From the NCBI GenBank assembly GCA_031291755.1, contig JARLIK010000011.1, forward strand, positions 36,066 to 100,065: 64,000 nt of DNA, read 5' to 3'. A program made the translations under genes and the position numbers. This DNA comes from Acidocella sp. (lineage in GTDB: Bacteria; Pseudomonadota; Alphaproteobacteria; Acetobacterales; Acetobacteraceae). Below the pieces are notes generated by a model. It was not told the DNA's origin. It searched no databases and saw nothing but the letters and a program-made list of their open reading frames with translations. Position 1 is the first letter of the stretch. Each line of letters starts with the position of its first letter. Positions 60,287 through 64,000 of the stretch are shown one piece after another.

Positions 60287-61137
60287 TGAGCCTAGGATTT
60301 ACAGTTTCTCCCGTAGACAATGTAATCTCTCCGACAACACCAGCGTTATCGTCCGCCGTCAAACAAATGGCTAGTCTGCTCTGGTATAATCTCCTTTCAG
60401 AGATGAATAAAAATGGCCTGGCCTCGGGCACTCTTGGAGCCGGCGGCGATGCTTTTCAAAGTATGTTCCTTTGGAACATCGCCCAAAATGATTTCGCCAA
60501 ATATGACAGATCATTGACCAATGCGACAGTGACCAAAATCGGAAGTCGGATGCCAGTAGCACCCGTCGCTTCTCCGGCGGCACCGACTATTGCAAAGCTG
60601 GTTGAACTTGGCGGTGCAGTGTCCGTGCAGTCCGCAGCAATAACGCCAAAATCTGATTCGCTGTTAAACCAAGCCACGAAATTCGCGCAGGTAGTCTGGC
60701 CGGCAGTGCAGCAGGCCGCCAGTCAACTGGGCGTTCCCGCGTCTGCCATATTGGCGCAAGCGGCATTGGAAACCGGTTGGGGTGCATCTGCTCCCGGCAA
60801 TAATCTGTTTGGCATAAAAGCCGCGGACGGGCAGAGCAGCACGGTGCGAGCAACGCAGGAGGTGGTCAACGGTGTTTTGACATCTCAGAATGCCACCTTT
60901 CGGAATTATTCATCGCCTGCCGCCAGTGTTGCAGATTATGTGCAGCATGTTCAAGCGATATTCTCCAATACCGTCGGGCAAAATTCCGTCAGTGGCTTTG
61001 CGCGGGCGCTACAACAGTCAGGCTATGCCACGGATACTCAGTATGCGAGCAAGATCGTCAGCATCGCGCAATCGTCATTAATGGCACAGGTTCTTCAAGC
61101 TGTCAGCGGCGGTATCTCGCTGCCGGTTTCACCATGA
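60286..61137 (+). CDS. flgJ: FlgJ rod-cap / peptidoglycan hydrolase (GH73)
   Basis: AQAALETGWG, NNLFGIKA, GYATD..Y muramidase motifs plus a divergent N-terminal rod-binding part. Confidence 0.9.
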   Translation: MSLGFTVSPVDNVISPTTPALSSAVKQMASLLWYNLLSEMNKNGLASGTLGAGGDAFQSMFLWNIAQNDFAKYDRSLTNATVTKIGSRMPVAPVASPAAPTIAKLVELGGAVSVQSAAITPKSDSLLNQATKFAQVVWPAVQQAASQLGVPASAILAQAALETGWGASAPGNNLFGIKAADGQSSTVRATQEVVNGVLTSQNATFRNYSSPAASVADYVQHVQAIFSNTVGQNSVSGFARALQQSGYATDTQYASKIVSIAQSSLMAQVLQAVSGGISLPVSP

Positions 61138-61162
61138 GCGCAAAGAGAGAAGGGGGGTTTTG

Positions 61163-63100
61163 ATGAGCGGCTTAATCAGTGCCATGAATACGGCTCTATC
61201 AGGTCTTGCCGCGTTCGACGCCGGCATCAATGCGGTGTCGGGCAATTTAGCAAATCAAACAACGCCCGGGTACGGAGTTGAGACGGTTGATCTATCAACG
61301 GCCGTGGCCACCGGTACAGCCGGAGCTGGTGTGCAAACGCCGCAGCTCAGTCGGGTGGCTGATGGATTTTCGGCAGGGTTGCTTCGAACTGCCACCAGCG
61401 CCTCTCAGGCAGCAAGCACGACCTCAACAAATCTAACGGCCATTTCAAATGCCCTGCAGAATAATGGCGACATCCAATCGGCGATGGGTCAATTTTTCCA
61501 AGACGTAAGCTCTCTGTCAGCCAATCCATCAAGTGCTGCACAGCAACAGACTGTATTAGCAGATGCTCAAACGGTAACCGGCGCATTTCAAAATGCCGCT
61601 GGTTCAATAGTCGGCGTCATGAACGGCGCGACTACGGCGCTCGCGCAAAATATTGGGACGGCTAACAATCTCCTGTCGCAACTGGCCACGATCAATCAGG
61701 GCCTGGCACAGTCGCACAACAGTCCGGCTTTGCTGGATCAGCAGGAGGCGGCATTACAGTCTCTGTCGGCTATTGCCTTCATTAATGTACTGCCGCAGGT
61801 TAACGGTCAGGTGTTTGCTTCGAGTGGCGGAACTGTCTTACTTGACCAAAGCGGCGCACAAAATTTGGCCCTTTCGGGCGGCGCGTCAGGGACACCGCCG
61901 CAGATCACTGCGGGCAATACAGGTGCCGTACTGACCCCAAGTGCCAGTGATGGCAGCATTGGCGCAAATGTTCAGACATGGCAGGCAGGTGCGCAAGCAC
62001 TACAATCATTAAATGCCCAGGCGGCCGTTTTTACATCGGCCATTAATCAGGTGCAGGCACAGGGATTAACCAGCACCGGCCAGTCAGGCACCGATTTATT
62101 GGCCGTCCCTTTGCCAAGTGTGGGCGCTGGCGCGAGCAATATTGGTTCCGCTGTGCTGAGCGCGCAATTAAGCAACGCCAGTCAGTTGCCAACAAATGGC
62201 GGACTGTTTTTATTGAGTTTTAGCTCATCCAACGGGTGGACGGCGGTCAATCAAGCGAATCAGCAAAATATCGTCTTGGGCACGGGAACCTCTTTATCCT
62301 TTGCCGGCCTTAATATCACAGTTACAGGTACGCCGGCATCCGGCGATCAATTCATAATAAATCCAGCCCCAGGGGCGGCTGCGGGTATTAATGTTGTTGC
62401 AACAAATCCAAATGCCATCGCGTCGGCAGACCCTTACGTGGTTTCTCCTGGCGCATTGCAGAGCGACGGCTCCATTTTGAATAATAACGCAGGTAGCATC
62501 GTTGCCGGTTCTGACTCGGTCGTTAACACGCCGGCCGGCAATGCAGCCTTGGTTCCAGCCAGCTATTACGGCCAAACTTTGCAATTAAATTTCACTTCGT
62601 CCTCAAGTTATACCATCACGACCGCGGCAAACCCTAGCGCCACCATTGCCTCAGGTAGCCTTGCTGCTAATCAGGCTTCTGTCGCAGTTGCGTTTCCAGC
62701 CGGGGCGGCAGCAGGTCAGTACTGGCAGGTTCCGCTTTCGGGCACCGCTGCAGCCGGTGATGTTATTAGCTTCACTCCCGGAGGCAGCAGCAGCGGCAGT
62801 AATGCCAGTCGAATGGCTGCATTATGGACGGCGCCTAACACAACGGTTGATGGCTCATTGCAGCAATCGATTGTTGGGTTGGGAACCTCACTCGGATCTG
62901 ATGCCCAGGAGGCTCAACAGCATGCGACGGCAACTTCGGCACAAGTCACAACGGCAAGTAATAATTTGCAAACTATCTCTGGTGTATCATTGGATCAGCA
63001 AGCGGTGATGTTAACCGGCTATTCGCAAGCTTATCAAGCTGCGGCACAGGTTATTTCGACTGCTCATACCATGTTCGAATCGCTTTTGCAGGCAATTTAA
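61163..63100 (+). CDS. flgK: Hook-associated protein FlgK
   Basis: ALSGL, GNLANQTTPGY, C-terminal SGVSLDQQ...YQAAAQVI. Confidence 0.92.
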   Translation: MSGLISAMNTALSGLAAFDAGINAVSGNLANQTTPGYGVETVDLSTAVATGTAGAGVQTPQLSRVADGFSAGLLRTATSASQAASTTSTNLTAISNALQNNGDIQSAMGQFFQDVSSLSANPSSAAQQQTVLADAQTVTGAFQNAAGSIVGVMNGATTALAQNIGTANNLLSQLATINQGLAQSHNSPALLDQQEAALQSLSAIAFINVLPQVNGQVFASSGGTVLLDQSGAQNLALSGGASGTPPQITAGNTGAVLTPSASDGSIGANVQTWQAGAQALQSLNAQAAVFTSAINQVQAQGLTSTGQSGTDLLAVPLPSVGAGASNIGSAVLSAQLSNASQLPTNGGLFLLSFSSSNGWTAVNQANQQNIVLGTGTSLSFAGLNITVTGTPASGDQFIINPAPGAAAGINVVATNPNAIASADPYVVSPGALQSDGSILNNNAGSIVAGSDSVVNTPAGNAALVPASYYGQTLQLNFTSSSSYTITTAANPSATIASGSLAANQASVAVAFPAGAAAGQYWQVPLSGTAAAGDVISFTPGGSSSGSNASRMAALWTAPNTTVDGSLQQSIVGLGTSLGSDAQEAQQHATATSAQVTTASNNLQTISGVSLDQQAVMLTGYSQAYQAAAQVISTAHTMFESLLQAI

Positions 63101-63127
63101 ATTTGGATTGATAAAACTAACTGCTGA

Positions 63128-63625
63128 ATGAGGTTCAGTTTGATGGCGAGTAAAAAGCTCTATATTGTTATAAGTATTGTTGTAATCGTCGCCACAGGCG
63201 GGATAGGCGGTACGTTCGCCGCATTCAAATTCATATCGTACAAAAATGCCGGCAGTACCGTTGCATCGGCTGTGATTGTGCCGCCTAAGCCGATATTTTT
63301 TACTGATGTTATGGATGTGACTGTTAGTATTCCACCAGAGCAAAACGCACCTCCAACTTCCTTCGTGCAAGTTGGTTTGCAATTTTCAACTTCTGATCCA
63401 GAAGCTATTGTCAGCTACGGTGAACTACAACCTATTATCAAGGCGGCGATTATCAGCATATTGATGACGCAAACCACAAACGCTCTGGCTGACCCAAAAG
63501 CGCGAGCAGTATTGATCAAATCATGTTTAGATATTTCCAATAATGTTCTTGAAAAAAACTCTAACTTCAAAGCCATTCCACCATTCAGTGCCGCCTATAT
63601 AACTAACCTCGTCGTGCAAGAATGA
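63128..63625 (+). CDS. fliL: Flagellar protein FliL
   Basis: N-terminal TM, PKPIFF, FVQVGL, C-terminal YITNLVVQ. Confidence 0.85.
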   Translation: MRFSLMASKKLYIVISIVVIVATGGIGGTFAAFKFISYKNAGSTVASAVIVPPKPIFFTDVMDVTVSIPPEQNAPPTSFVQVGLQFSTSDPEAIVSYGELQPIIKAAIISILMTQTTNALADPKARAVLIKSCLDISNNVLEKNSNFKAIPPFSAAYITNLVVQE

Positions 63626-63930
63626 GCGGCTTACCAGTCTTTGGCGTGCCGGATATTCTGTCAGCCGCCGTCAGCCTCGCCATCATTCTCTTATGCCTTG
63701 CCGGAGCTGCGATGGCTGCACGCAAGTTGCGCCGCCGCGGGGGTCTGCCAAATTCGCTGTCGTCTTCTACCATCCGAATTGTCGCCACGAGGTCACTTGG
63801 TTGGCAGTCATCTTTGCTGATTGTTGAAGCACAAGGCACGCGTTTTCTCGTCGGCAGAGGGCGGGCCGGCGTAACTGCCATCGGGGCGTTTCATTCAATG
63901 CCATCGGCCTTCACTGAGGACCGGGCGTGA
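63622..63930 (+). CDS. fliO: Flagellar biosynthesis protein FliO
   Basis: TM + IRIVATRSLG..SSLLIVEA...FLVG. Confidence 0.85.
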   Translation: MSGLPVFGVPDILSAAVSLAIILLCLAGAAMAARKLRRRGGLPNSLSSSTIRIVATRSLGWQSSLLIVEAQGTRFLVGRGRAGVTAIGAFHSMPSAFTEDRA

Positions 63931-64000
63931 GACATTCTACAGAGTTTTTTATCCTGACATGCCTTATAATTTTTTTATGCACTACATCCGCACACGCTGC
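63927..64000 (+). CDS. fliP: Probable FliP N-terminal signal peptide (truncated by window)
   Basis: GTG overlapping the fliO stop; MRHSTEFFILTCLIIFLCTTSAHA signal peptide; position after fliO. Confidence 0.5.
   Translation, partial: MRHSTEFFILTCLIIFLCTTSAHA

Noticed and set aside
1-64000. tRNA/rRNA, CRISPR arrays, IS elements, integrases
   Set aside because: No regular repeats, transposase or integrase motifs, or RNA-gene signatures seen by eye

Overview
GC-rich alphaproteobacterial chromosomal segment. Gene content and the extreme charge depletion of exported proteins suggest an acidophilic Acetobacteraceae such as Acidocella/Acidiphilium (inference). There are three blocks. (1) 1-8.2 kb: an uncharacterised aromatic/N-heteroaromatic catabolic cluster with a porin end, two related cupins, TctB, an IorA/IorB-type 2Fe-2S plus molybdopterin enzyme, TctC, a PcaK-like MFS and an IclR/PcaR regulator. 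(2) 8.3-32.6 kb: housekeeping and metabolism (FNR/FixK-boxed CBS-BON gene, recQ, selO, pyk, fhs, two lactate permeases, lutABC, MFS, eutBC, trpBA, small His/Gly/Pro lipoprotein, cysQ, pepA, paaG-like, asd). (3) 32.6-64 kb, running off the window: a compact beta/gamma-proteobacterial-type flagellar island (FliA/FlgM/FliS/FliD, MotCD-like stator, muramidase FlgJ). It lacks fliM, flhF/fleN and che genes at their canonical positions. It carries a sigma-28 missing most of domain 3, a sulfotransferase-glycosyltransferase fusion, an unknown 2-TM protein, and axial proteins nearly devoid of Lys/Arg. All calls come from motif recognition by eye; no database searches were run.
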